This document shows, in pieces, positions 39,650 to 53,447 of a stretch of DNA of 64,000 bases. The notes under the pieces are model-generated. The model had not been told where the DNA came from and ran no database searches. It saw nothing but the letters and a program-made list of their open reading frames with translations. Position 1 is the stretch's first letter. Every line of letters starts with the position of its first letter. Location: positions 23,312,001-23,376,000 of the forward strand of contig NC_043004.1 in assembly GCF_006345805.1 (NCBI RefSeq). Direction: 5' to 3'. Origin of the DNA: Octopus sinensis (lineage: Eukaryota). The position numbers were made by a program, and so were the translations under genes.

Positions 39650-40950
39650 CACGCTCCTCCCACATCCCAGCTCTCATGGGATGCCCCTCAGCGTCGACAG
39701 CTACCTCAGTAGTGGCTCAGGAGTCAATACATACAGAAGCGGCGAGAGGGGGCATCCTTGACGAACCGAACGCATGCTGTTAAATGGACTGGATAGATGA
39801 CCATTTATGTAAACTACCGAGCGGAAGCCGCTGTATGAGGCAGCGATCCAACCGCGGAAGATGAGACCGAAACCAGCCGCTCTAAGGACAGCCTCCAAGT
39901 ACCAATGGCTAGTAGTTTTTAAAAGTGTTTTGCTACCACAAACGTAGCAACTTGGCTTTCTGCCTTCGATGGCTACATGCAAGATCGAATCCTCTGTCAA
40001 TTGGATTCGGTGGAGAATTTTTCAAAATTCACTGGATCAATCTGAGCAAGAATCTCGACTTCTTGGTCAATCCAGTTTTGCTGCTTCTGGGCAGCGGTTT
40101 CCAATATATAGATTTTGTTTGCGATGTCTTAGCAAATGGCAGACACGAGCCATTTAATTTCAATTTCAGGTGGTACATTTTTTATTTAAATTTTTGTTGA
40201 AAGGACCTTGTGGAGAGGTCCTTGGCTCGCTCTTCGCTGTCGAATTTTACTTCGATCGTTGCAAACTTGTTTCCCCTCGTTATGTAGTCTTTAAAGGCCC
40301 ATGTGGGCCTTAAATATTTTTCCACATTTTCATGAATGGCTGTATCATGTACGTTTGTTTTCGCGTTGTCTTGTAAATGATTGTTTTGTGGTTTTTTGGT
40401 TTTGTTTTTTAGATATTTTTTGTAATTATTTTCAAGCGTCTGTAATTGAATGGTGACTTCATTTTTTGTAAACATTTATTTGCAAGCAAGTAAATCTTCC
40501 TTGGAAAAATCCATTATTCGTTTCTTTGGCTTCAAAGCCGCAGCAAAATTGTTATCGGTATTCGTGTTGGTTGTGGTGGTGATGGTGGTGGCAGTGGTGG
40601 AAGCAATGATTATAGTAGCAGAAGCATTCGTGCTTTCTAAGGCCTGTGTGCATTCACGCGGAACGGCTTTGCTTTCAGCTATCTTTGCCTCTAGCATTGG
40701 TAGAGGCGGGAAGACGGCCTCGTGGTTTCACTTAGCCATATTTGTTTAGAAATATGGCAAGGAAATCGAAGAAAATAGAAGTGTAAATACGTTTGAAACT
40801 GCCCCTAGGGGTCAATTCCTCCCTTTAAACACACTCAAACGAAAACTGGGTACTTTACACACCTTGTGTGCAAAAATTGAAACAAGATGTGTGCAATAAA
40901 AGGTCGAAAAAAGAGATTACCTGCGGAGCCGATGCGACATCACGTCAGTC
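39650..40950 (-). mobile_element. Tx1/L1-like LINE relic: ORF1 joined by a deletion to the RT core
   Basis: VKFDSEERA...IKNVPPEIEIKWLVSAI...VAIEGRKPSCYVCGSK followed directly by LEAVLRAAGFG...WI...SVRQGCPLSPLLYVL..EPLLR, ending just before YADD. Confidence 0.82.
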
Positions 40951-41046
<96 letters not shown>

Positions 41047-41257
41047 CTTATGTGTGTGACTATATCAATATCTGTATAATGATGGATAGATGGATTTGTA
41101 TGTGTAGTTTACTTCAAAAGAAAGAACTCAATACGTTTGTATAGTAAGGATTTTATAGTGAGCTTTGGAAAATCCAATGCCTTGCAGTGGCTCATAACTT
41201 CATCTCTTGCAAGAATCTTTGGACAGTTAGCGTCTTTGTTAAATTCAGACTAGCTCT

Positions 41258-41652
41258 ATGGTAAGAAGCTTGCTTCCCAACCACATGATTTCGGGTTCGG
41301 TCCCACTGTGTGGCATCTTGGGCATGTATCTTCTGCTATAGCCTCGGGCCGACCAAAGTCTTGTGAGCAGATTTGGTAGACGGAAACTGAAAGAAGCCTG
41401 TCTCATGTATATATATGTGTGTGTGTGTGTATTCATGTGTGTCATTGTTTGTCCCCCTCCCACCTCGCTTGACAACCGATATCGGTGTGTTAATGCCCTC
41501 GTAACTTAACGATTCGGCAAAAGAGACCGATAAAGTAAGTACCAGGCTTACTAGGAATAAGTCCTGGGTTCGATTTCTTTGACTAAAACCCGTCAAGGCG
41601 GTTCTCCAGCATGGCCGCAGTCAAATAACTGAAACGTTTAAAAGAATAAAGG
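41258..41652 (+). mobile_element. SINE family A
   Basis: Family A head, body and tail. Confidence 0.85.
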
Positions 41653-42215
41653 AATATATCTTGAATTAATGACGTTGTCTATGCGTTGCAGGAATGAGTT
41701 GGTTCTCGTTTTTATTTGTAATTATTTGAAAATGTTAGCCTTAGTGCGGAGAGTATGGGCTTAAGTTGCTAAGTGAATTGGATAAGTGAAGTCAAGTGTC
41801 TGGCTGAGTAATTAGAAAACATATCTAAATTGAAAAGAGTTGGGGAAGTTAAAATTCTGGTTTGTGTTGTGTGGTATAAATGGGTATGGTGGAATGTTTA
41901 ATTGAGATAGCTTTGAATTTCGATAGTGAAAGTGATAGTCATTGATGCATGAAGAATTCTATTACTTTTTCTTCATTTTTTCATAGAGGTGAGATTTCAG
42001 TTTTGGTATTAAATGTTTTAAGCAGATAAATTAGATTATGGGACTGGGAATTGGGTGTTAGGGGAAGGATACAAGAAAGGGAAAATACAACCATAGTTGA
42101 GTGGTAATTAATAAAGACACGGGGCGGGGTGCTGGACGGGAAGCGCACAATGGCCTGTAGGATGATATGTACAAATAAATAGATTGATATATGTGCGTGT
42201 ATACGTGCGCCTGTG

Positions 42216-42260
<45 letters not shown>

Positions 42261-43049
42261 CGAATAAAAGAACGAAGATATTAGTTTCGCGTTTATTAAT
42301 CGGTTACGACCGTTTCAATAAGAGGCAATGTAGATAAATCATTCAACACAATGGAACAAATATATACAATATTTATGCAACTTCATACAATATTAAATAA
42401 AACCCAACCGGTCATTTCATCGTGACCGTCAAATAATTCAATACGTTTATATATGGACATTCAGAGCTATAAATGCAATGAGTGGGGAGACTCTATTTCT
42501 AGTTTTCTTTTATTCCGTTATATTCTTCATAACACTCTTTTTGCAGCCTTTTATCGCCTTTTCTTTCCTTCATTCCCTTCTTTTTTCTTCTATCTCTTGT
42601 TTTCCTGCTATACAACTGGGACACCCATTCTGCCCAATGAAGACGTTTCTGTAAATATCACTGTATTTATTGCACACATACACATGCATTCATACATGAA
42701 TAGGAATACAGATGCACTATAACCGATACATGTAGATATACGGAGGTTTGCATTCATTCATACACACACACACACACACACATACACACACACACACACA
42801 TATATATATCATTATAATCAAGGTTGAAATCTATATTGTATTTTAACAAATAGCTAGCATGTAATAAACCATTTAGGTAAAAATTAATACCAAGTATATA
42901 AGTTTATAAATATAAACAATATTTATGCAACTTCATGCAATATTAAATACTTCTAGCATGCAGCTCTACTCAGTAGTTTCCCTTAGTATAATTGTATGTA
43001 TGTATGTATGTATTATGAATGTGTATGTGTGTATATGTGTATATACATA

Positions 43050-43137
<88 letters not shown>

Positions 43138-43140
<3 letters not shown>

Positions 43141-43450
43141 TCCTCCCCAAAATTATTCATACTGTTGTTAATTTTTCTGATTTTTTTTATTTTTGTGATG
43201 AAATTAATGGATTTTCTCAAGTTTGTTTATGAGCTTATATGTGACCAAAGAATAACTACAATACACAATTCAAGAAATTCTTCATTTCAGGGGTATTTTA
43301 TTCATTTTTTGAAAATCCTGAAATGAAGAAATTCTTGAATTGTGTATTGTTATTCTTTCCCTTGTTGGTCACTTATAACTTATAAGCAAATTTAACAAAA
43401 TGCATTCTTTTCACAGCAAATAACAAGGGTATGAATAATTTTGAGGACGA

Positions 43451-43453
<3 letters not shown>
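43138..43453. mobile_element. Tc1-type fold-back MITE in a (TA)n tract
   Basis: TIR cagtcctccccaaaattattcatac / gtatgaataattttgaggacgactg. The whole element is an imperfect inverted repeat. Confidence 0.88.
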
Positions 43454-43512
<59 letters not shown>

Positions 43513-43691
43513 TCAGGAGAGAATGTTAACTGCAGCTCTTGGTAGTCCAAATCGGTTATGCAGTCTATGTGGGTGTCTTTTCAAAACATTATCTGGTTTA
43601 AATAGCCACATCAGATGCCATGATGGCTCTGAGGTGTAAATACAGGAGGTGGTCAAACTCTGCATAAGGAGTAATCAACAACCATATACAT

Positions 43692-43761
<70 letters not shown>

Positions 43762-43991
43762 TGCATACATACATACATATCCACAAGCGGCCTGAGCTAT
43801 GCACATAGATAGATAGATGTAGATATAGACGTAAGTATATTTGGAGGCATACAGTGGTATGTGCCTGAAGGTGCATATAGAGGCTTACAATCAAGTCTGT
43901 AAAAGTGGATACATATACTCGTAAAAGTGTGCGCAAATATCTATGGAGAGATACGTTGCATACACGTACATACACGCACATATACATATGG

Positions 43992-44038
<47 letters not shown>

Positions 44039-45489
44039 TGTGTGTGTTTCATATATTAAAATGAATGTGCTTTGATAGATGAGAAATAAGGAAATATAAT
44101 TGACAAAAAAAGTTTAAAAGTATCTTAGTAAATATGAGTACAAAATGAGATACATTTACATAGGTATGCATAGATATGCATAAACGTGGAAGCTTAGTTG
44201 TAAACGTATCTATATATTATTGATGGTTTACTTTGAAGTTTCTGGTGCATGAGGAGTCCCTATACCTACAATTTCTATTTTTTTTTTTTTTTTTTTTTTG
44301 AGGTTGAATATAAATTGTAGATGCTAAATATGATTGCTTGCTTGCTTTCCGAAAACGCAGAGGGCAGAATTTTAAGCTAAGCGGTACAACTTTTCTCTAT
44401 GTAGTATGCTCCAAAGAAAGAGGGAGAGATGTGTTAAAGTCTTTGAAGTTCCCCGTATAGTTAGACAGTGGGGTGGTTGATATTTTATTGATATTCTAAA
44501 CGAGTGTTGTTGGCACAGGGTGAATTAAAATTCGAACACATTTAAAGTTTGGCCTATGTAATATCTAAATGAAGGATTTATAGCTGACATCGCTAGATAA
44601 ACAACATTTAGGTTCTTTGGTTTCTGGTTTCGGTTGTTGCGAGAAGTTACGCTCAGATTTCTGTGGCACTTAATGAACTTTCTTTGACTGAAGCTTGAGA
44701 GGGGTTGGGCGAAAGTGAGACGTATGGGATACAGAGTTTGTATTGAAGATATTGAAATGGGATACTTGAGTGAAATGAAGGAATTTTTCTGACTAATTCT
44801 TCATGCGTCAATAAATCACCTAACAAAATTCAAAACCATTTCAATTAACATTTCGCCGCACTTATTCCCACAACACACCACAAATTCACTTGAAAGATGC
44901 TTTTCATAATGTTGTCTTAAAAACATTCAAAAAGAGAAAGATAATCCTGGCTGGAACAGTTTTAATCGACCAGACTTATCTGAAAACTTCAACAAGAACT
45001 ACAGTGAACAAATAAAAAATGTCTTAATGTGGTCGCATGTCCAGTTAGAAATAGAAACCAAATCTCTCCCCAATCACACCCTCTCGTCTTAAATCGGGAA
45101 AAAATATTGGATGATATCCTCAGATACAATATAACTAAAAGGAAGAGATGAGATGGTCACAGATTGTAAGCATTTGCCTTTGGCTTAATCAACAAGTGGT
45201 AGAGAAAACTAGATTGGACAGACTGCTATATCAAGGTACATAGTATGGTGTTCCACCACCAAGTGGAGTTAGTAGTGTATCTGGAACAACGGAAGTGTGG
45301 ATCAATCAAACATCATGTTCTTCTCTCTATTTCTTATATGTCTGCTGCTGGTGGTGGACCAATGTTTACCTAGGGACATACAGCAACAGCAACAAGACAC
45401 AGACGTTTGAATTAACCTAATCATCTCCTGCAAATATCACAAAATTTTAATTATGTAAAGTCTGCGATAATTAGTCAGTCTAGCTTTAC

Positions 45490-45829
45490 TGTTATTATAA
45501 CCAGTATCATCATCACAATCATCGTCGTCATCGTCATCATTACCATCATAATCCCTGTCACTACCATCAACACTCTTATCACTGCCATCATCATCATCAT
45601 CATCATCATCATCTGATTCTATTTCTTTTTCTTCTTCTTCGTCTTTATCTTCATCGGCATCATCATCATCAACATCTTTATCATCGTCGACATCATCATC
45701 TTCATCAACGTCATCGTCGTCGTCATTCCTATCATCACCATCATCATCATCACCATCATCATCATCTTCATCATCATCATCAACATCGCCATCATCATCG
45801 TCATCATCATCATCATCGTCATCATCATC

Positions 45830-45872
<43 letters not shown>

Positions 45873-46010
45873 ACACCATCGTCATCATTATGATGAAGAT
45901 TGTCGCCCTTAACTGTCGCCGACTTTATCATTATACTGTCATCATCCCCCATCATCATCACCACCAACATGATGACCATCATCACCATCATCGTCAACAT
46001 CACTGTAAAA
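45490..46010. repeat. (CAT/CGT)n trinucleotide field
   Basis: Direct reading. Gives the Asp-rich and Met-rich spurious ORFs. Confidence 0.9.
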
Positions 46011-46319
46011 GAACATCTACACGTACGCACGCACACACACACAAACACGCGCACCCATACCACAAACAATAATAACGCTATACAAATACAATGAAAACTA
46101 TACAAATACACACTGTACGCGCACACAGTAAGAATACACATACATGCACGGAATAAACGCATATACACTTACGTATTACATATGCACAGACACACACACA
46201 CACACAAACACACACATAAACACACATATGCATACATCCTGCTTGTACATTCAGTAGAAACATATGGACACACATACATATAACACATACACACACCAAC
46301 AAGCATACACATACACACG

Positions 46320-46375
<56 letters not shown>

Positions 46376-47270
46376 CACATACACACACACAACACGAACA
46401 TACACCGACACACGCACACAAAATATACACGCATACACACACAATATATACACGCATATGCACTCATGCATACACAATACACACATACACACGCACACAG
46501 GCCCATACGCGCGCACGTCATAATTGATAGATTCTAATTACAACAGTAATTAACATTGGTGCCAAACGAACGGAACAGAAATATTATAGTAGGTGGGGGT
46601 TGGGTTCGGTGGTGGTTCTGGTGTTGAACGCATCAATGATGAGGATAATAAAGGCGGTAGAAGTGGCGGCAGACGGCGGTGGTGGTGGTCATGGTCGTGG
46701 TCATGGTCGTGGTCATGGTCGTCGTCGTCGTCGTCGTTGTCGTCGTCATGTCGTTGTCGTGGTCGTCGTCTGCAGTGAAGAGTGTGATGCCAGAAGCGGT
46801 AGTGGTGATCGTGTCGGGAGTGGTTTGTAGCACTGAGAAGTGTTTCTGATACTTTTGACAATAGAAATAGCGTAGGTGGTAGTTAAAGTGGTGCTTGTGT
46901 TCATTGAGGTGATGCTGCTATGGTGATAGTAATCTATGTATGGGGTATGTATATGTGTATCTGTGTGTGTGCGTGTGTGTACATATATATATGCGTATAT
47001 ATGTATTTGTGTGTGTTAGGAGAGAAAAAATAAATAGATATATATACATATATATTGTGCATGTGTGTGTGTTGTCTGGAATAAATTATGCACAGACGAA
47101 AACGTACAGAAGCGTAATGGATGGATTAATTCCCTTCAATACCTGTCTCTAGGGATCTCTGCGGTTTTGACGCCTTAGGACAGTTCCACTATCTTAGCGA
47201 TGACAATAACTATCGGAAAAGGTCGTTAGAGAATACATACAGGCATACACACGCACACATATTTAACCAT

Positions 47271-47331
<61 letters not shown>

Positions 47332-47694
47332 TATATATATACATACATACACACACGCACCAATATACATATATACATGCACACACATATATATATATAT
47401 ATACACACAGATATAAGAACAATTTTGTACATATACATATTCATATACACGCAAACATCTATAAACACTACTGTGGTAAAAACCATGCGCAAAACTCTCG
47501 CCCCTGAATCACGTTTTGTAATTCTGCCGCTTAGAACTATGCATGCATATAGTCATGACTTGAGCTTCATTTTTTTCTGTTAGTTATACAACGCGCACGC
47601 ACACACACACACACACCACACACACACACACATACGCGCATGCGCGAGCAGCGAGTTAGCAAAGTGTTCGTGTGTCGGATAAAATGCTTTAAGT

Positions 47695-48489
47695 CAGTGC
47701 TTCTCAACCATTTTTAGCGCGGAGGAGAGGCTGTGTGGTAGGCATATAGGCGCAGGAGTGGCTGTGTGGTAGGCATATAGGCGCAGGAGTGGCTGTCTGG
47801 TAACTAGCTTGCTTAACAACCACATGGTTCTGGGTTCAGTCCCACTGCGTGGCACCTTGGGCAAGTGACTTCTACTATAGCATCGGGCCGACCAAAACCT
47901 TGTGAGTGGATTTGGTAGACGGAAACTGAAAGAAGCCCGTCGTATATAAGTATGTGTGTGTGTGTGTGTGTATGTGTGTGTGTGCGTGCGTGCGTGCGTG
48001 TATGTTTGTGTGTCTGTGCCCCACCCCCCCAGCATCGCTTGACAACCGATGCTGGTGTGTTTACGTCACCGTAACTTAGCGGTTCGGCAAAAGAGACCGA
48101 TCGAATAAGTACTAGCCTTACAAAGAATAAGTCCTGGAGTCGATTTGCTCGACTAAAGGCGGTGCTCCAGCATGGTTGCAGTCAAATGACTGAAACGAGT
48201 AAAAGAGTATGGACCCCCTCCTATTCCTAGTTTACTCTAGTGAATCCCCATAGCCATTTTAAAGTTTTCAAAAGATCCCGTTATATTTTTATAATTAAAG
48301 TTTATTATTTTGTTGTATCTGGGTAGAGTCATTGTACCAAACCAGATACAAAAACGGCGTAAATATCAAAATATTGTTAGAATATTTTGTGTAGTGCAGA
48401 AGTGTAACTGACTTATTGCCCATAATTTTTACCGGTAAATCTTATATGCAACCCCTAAAGATCATGCGGACCTTAATTGAGAATCACTG
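47695..48489. mobile_element. hAT (Charlie-like) MITE with a nested SINE A
   Basis: TIR cagtgcttctcaa / ttgagaatcactg, 8-bp TSD ctttaagt / cattaagt. Confidence 0.82.
47716..48208 (+). mobile_element. SINE family A with triplicated head
   Basis: Three tandem ~30-bp ggcgcaggagtggctgtgtggtaggcatata-like units precede a complete family A body. Confidence 0.9.
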
Positions 48490-48971
48490 CATTAAGTATT
48501 CATGCTGATTTTCTGAACTCTTGGTTCAGACACTCTTAGGATAACATTGCCTTTCATTTCAGCGACTGATAATTAAAGTGTCCAAACTATGTCCGACTAT
48601 GTTCTCACGTCTTTATTACGAATTTAAGGCTAGAAACTGTATCTGTGTATGTCCTATCACCATACATCTCCTACCTCTCCCACTCTCTCCATCCTTCTCT
48701 CTCATATATGTGCGTGTGTGCGCGCGAACGGGCGTGGGTGTGTGTTCCGTTATTGGTGAAATCCATAAGACAGTACTCCATCCAGTGAGAGATAAGTATC
48801 ATTTAATGTGTTCGGTATATTTAAATTCGAGCAACAATTAGTCTTATACTCTGAAAACGCAATAACACCACAAGCTTGTATGGCATGCCCTGTGTTTTCA
48901 AGCGCTCTTTCGGACTCAAGTATACAACATGGCGCGTCGATTTTGAAAACATAACAAGGACATACATACAT

Positions 48972-49240
48972 AGGCGCTGGCGTGGCTGTGTGGTAAAAAA
49001 AAACTTGCTTCCTAACCACATGGCACCTTGGGAAAGTGTCTTCTACTATTGCCTCGAGCCATATATATATATATATGTGTGTGTGTGTGTCTTTGTGTCT
49101 GTGTTTGTATTCCCACCACCACTTGACAACCAATGTTGTTGTGTTTACGGCCCTGTAACTTAGCGGCTCGGCAAAACAGAGCGATAGAATAAGTACCAGG
49201 TTTTAAAAATAAATACTGGGGTCGATTCATTCAAACAAAA
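48972..49240 (+). mobile_element. SINE family A, internally deleted
   Basis: Head, ttgggaaagtgtcttctactat, microsatellite and partial tail. Confidence 0.8.
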
Positions 49241-50019
49241 TTTCAAGCTGGGCATTAGTTTTAACAATCGCTTACACATATACGTAAGTGCATACACATG
49301 AAAGAATATGATACGAAATACGTTTATTCATATAAAAAGAGGTCTGTATAAAAACACGATATACATGCAAGAAAACGTCGTACATATAAAACTACATGAA
49401 GCACAATAGAAGCATGTAACCCATGAAGTAATATCTATCCCCATTCAAACGTTGATGTTCTATTGGAACAAGATATACTGCGGTAGTTAACAAGAGAGAA
49501 ACTGGCTTTTTTTTTTTGTACAAAATGCATTATAGTTTATATTGCCATCAGGGAGATAAATCCTCGTTTTCTTCAGCGCTAAGACCACCAAATCACGTAA
49601 TTTCGACCTTGTTTTGGTCTTGTTGACGATGGACACCTGATCGCCAGAGGCAGCAACGATTCACACCCACCCACCCCCAGCGATATATAGACTGACAGTG
49701 CCACAACAGGTGCTGGTGTCACGATTAGCCAGTTAGCTTCTTCAAAATATATATATATTAGCGACAGAGGCAATATTAATACCGAGAGATAATATTTATC
49801 TCCCATTTAAATGCGGATGCTGTAAAGAAATGTGGGATGCATAAGCAGATTACGTGGCGTAAATTGAAACCAGCTTGTAATTGGCGAATGTATAGGGCGA
49901 TGTGATGTGAAAGAGTGGGACATTATAGGCAAAATGATGAATATACATATATACGTGTGTGCGTGTATGTAAGGGAAGCTTATAAGACAAACGTTACGAA
50001 AGTCATGTACAATATCATC

Positions 50020-50340
50020 TAGTGGTAGCTTGAAGAATTGTAGGATAAATTTTCTTTGGAGGGGATATAAAGAAATAAATTCCGATTTATAATTTAATAG
50101 AATGAGATCTGTAAGAATATTAAACTTCTCGGATAAGCAGAAGGAGCACTTGGGGCTAGTGATGTTGGAAGGAGCGTATTTGATAATAGGCCATTTAATT
50201 TTGTGGATGGAAATGCTTTTGTTATTCAAACTGCAGATGTATTTGGAAAATGTTATGGCTGGTCTCTTATCTTCAAGTCTAAACGTGCATGTATGCTGAG
50301 TATCACTGAATATGAATTGTGTCTGATGCCTGAATACCAT
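50020..50340 (-). mobile_element. Penelope-like element, GIY-YIG C-terminal fragment
   Basis: TFSKYICSL...IKWPIIKYAP...KCSFCLSEKFNIL...LLNYKSEF...RKFIL, same type as 3337-3700. Confidence 0.7.
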
Positions 50341-51066
50341 TTTCTGTCACTATTGTTATCGTTGTAAGTAACACAGAGGGTAACTTCGGCACATTAAACA
50401 ACACTTATGTATATTTATATGTTGATATGTGAATATATTTATAGGCACAAATTCCTGCTTATATATAAACCTGAATGTCAAGTTGTATAAAGGTGTGTAT
50501 TTATAATTTTGTGTGTGTGTGTGTATTCATACACATAGACACACACATATATATATGTATATGTGTGTGTGTATGTGTGTGTATATATATACATACACAT
50601 ACACGCACACACACATATATGTATATATATGTGTGTACATATATATATATATATATATAATATATATATATATATATTCACACACACACACTCACACATA
50701 TGTACCTATGCACATATTATATATACATATGTGTGCACGCGTATGTGTTTATATATTCATATATATACGTGTATGTGTGTGTGTGTGTGTGCGTGCGTGC
50801 GTGCCTCTGTTTTTAACTTCATTTTATCACCTCTTTAGATTACAATCTGTTTAATAGGTAGACTATGCGAAAATTTGCGATTCTCGTAGGACCCAACAAT
50901 TTTTAATTTTTAATGACTAGTCTAGAAGTAATGCGCTCTGTATAAGAATCGCACTTTCGCATTTCGAGTCAGTCTGATAAGCGCTATGCATGAAACTGTC
51001 GGTCACTCAGCAGCTTTTATAACTTTCTATCAATTAAAGATTAAAATTTCTCTTGTTTGTTCTACC

Positions 51067-51095
<29 letters not shown>

Positions 51096-51097
<2 letters not shown>

Positions 51098-51420
51098 ACT
51101 GCTTCGAAACCTCCAGCTTCTATATTCAGACTGTGAATTCATATTCATACCGTTAATAATTGGAGCACTAGGTTTTATTAGTAAATGCGTAAAAGAGAAT
51201 CTGGATAAACTGGGATTTTCAGAAAGAGAAATCGACCGGCTAATTCGTACGTAACAAGTACAGTCTGTGAGTGGAACAGTAAAAATATGCAAGACTTTTC
51301 TCAAGTTCTAAATGTAAATTTGTCTGTGTTAACTATATCCCAAAGATGGGGCCTTGCATCTGTATTGGAACCTGGCTCCCTACTCAGTGGATTATCTATA
51401 ATAATTAAGAAATAGAAGAC
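51096..51420 (+). mobile_element. R4/Dong-like LINE 3' end, 5'-truncated
   Basis: QLLRNLQLLY...FIFIPLIIGALGF...LGFSEREI...SGTVKICKTFLKF* then a 3' UTR ending aaatagaagac. Confidence 0.8.
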
Positions 51421-51476
51421 ATAATTACTTATATACATATTCATACACACTCATACATACATATGTACACCTGCTT

Positions 51477-51517
<41 letters not shown>

Positions 51518-51739
51518 CATATATATAATACTTGTGTATGTGTATATAAGTATGTATAATAAATATATGCGTGTATGTATGTACCTATCTATTTATCTGT
51601 GTGTGTGTATAAATATATATATATATATATATAAAAAATTTGTGGAGAGCTCAGCCATTATATATATATGCGTGTGTGTATTTATATATATATAGATAGA
51701 TAGATATAGATATATATAATCTGTGGAGAGCTCAGCCAT

Positions 51740-51771
<32 letters not shown>

Positions 51772-51925
51772 AGTGTGTGTGTGTGCGTGTGTGTGTATAT
51801 ATATACATATATGTACGTATGTATATTTGTATATATCTGTGGAGAACTCAGCCATTATATATCCTTCTAGCATGAAAAGAATCCTATGACGGATACCTCT
51901 TATGTGTTTAAATGTACTCTGTATT

Positions 51926-51970
<45 letters not shown>

Positions 51971-52272
51971 TGTGTGTGTGTGTGTGGATAGATAGATAGA
52001 TATAAACCTACACATATACACACACTGAGATAGTTTAGTTGGAGGCCGTAGCACGACTTTACGTGACAAGGGAAATAACTCTTTTCAAATTTAGCCAAGT
52101 AGTAGCTACAGCTATTACACACCATGTCCCCACAGGTCTTATAGGTAATAAATATTTCCTGGGGATATTTACTGTCTCGTTGTGAAAAGCAAAATTTTTT
52201 TTTTCAATTTTCAGTTTCAAATCAAATTTAGCCTGCACGGAAACACGTTTATAACGAATTATGAACAATAAT

Positions 52273-52692
52273 AGGCGCAGGAGTGGCTGTGTGGTAAGTA
52301 GCTTGCTAACCAACCACATGGCTCCGGGTTCAGTCCCACTGCGTGGCATCTTGGGCAAGTGTCTTCTGCTATAGCCCCGGGCCGACCAATGCCTTGTGAG
52401 TGGATTTGGTAGACGGAAACTGAAAGAAGCCTGTCGTATATATGTATATGTATATATGTGTGTGTGTGTATGTGTGTGTGTTTGTGTGTTTGTCCCCCTA
52501 GCATTGCTTGACAACCGATGCTGGTGTGTTTACGTCCCCGTCACTTAGCAGTTCGGCAAAAGAGACCGATAGAATAAGTACTGGGCTTACAAAGAATAAG
52601 TCCCGGGGTCGATTTGCTCGACTAAAGGCGGTGCTCCAGCATGGCCACAGTCAAATGATCGAAACAAGTAAAAGATAAAAGAAAAGAAAAGA
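52273..52692 (+). mobile_element. SINE family A, full length, young
   Basis: A box gtggctgtgtggt, B box ggttcagtccc, CORE-like tcttgggcaagtg, internal microsatellite, (aaaag)n tail. Confidence 0.95.
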
Positions 52693-52957
52693 ATAATTTG
52701 CCTATCATTTTAAGTAATTTAAATTCCTCGTTATACTAACATTATGAATAGCCCTTGGACAAGACTCTTCATCTCTTTTCCTCACCATATTTATTATTTC
52801 TGCTGTAATCTTCCTGCCGCTATTCAGTCTGTCGATGCAGCTATATATACATACATATCGACGTTATTTGATTGAGACGTAGTTTCAAATCCCACTAAGA
52901 CCTCGCCCAAGTTCAAACCACTTCATGACATTTATATAAATTTATGCACGTGTTATT

Positions 52958-53275
52958 GTGAAGGCGCGTTGCTAAGTGGTTAGGATATTCGGCTCGCGAT
53001 TGTAAGGTCATGAGTTCAATTCCCGGCGACGAGTTGTGTCCTTGGGCAAGACACTTTATTTCGGGTTGCTTCAGCTGGCAAAAATGAGTAGTACCTGTAT
53101 TTCAAAGGGCTAACTTTATCAAATTCTGTATCACGCTGAATCCTCCTGAGAACTGCGTTAAGGGTACACGTGTCTGTGGAGAGCTCAACCATTTCCATGT
53201 TAGTTCCACAAACAGGCAGTTCCGTTGATCGGATCGACTAGAACCCCTGTCGTCGTAACTGTCGGAGTGTCACCG
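52958..53275 (+). mobile_element. SINE family C (tRNA-like head, CORE-like box, tail Y)
   Basis: gctaagtggttagg...gagttcaattcc...tgtgtccttgggcaagacact, then the tail shared with family B at 27176. Confidence 0.8.
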
Positions 53276-53447
53276 TGTGCGTATTGTAAGCATAAGGGGC
53301 TGGTCTTCTGTCTGAGTATAACTGCCTCCTTCCCTTCCCTTCCCTATTCTTCAGTCTCAGAGGTCTTTTAAAAAGTTATCGATTCTGCTCCCTTTTCTCT
53401 GAGTGAATCATTAATTATTAAATAAATAAATAAATAAATAAATAAAC

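Noticed and set aside
45437-46168. 243-aa Asp-rich ORF resembling acidic biomineralisation proteins
   Set aside because: Entirely explained by (GAT)n and (TG)n microsatellites, with no credible start, splice sites or complex sequence.
51640-51860. CRISPR-like repeat-spacer appearance
   Set aside because: Eukaryotic context, spacers are microsatellites, the repeat derives from a SINE tail, and there are no cas genes.
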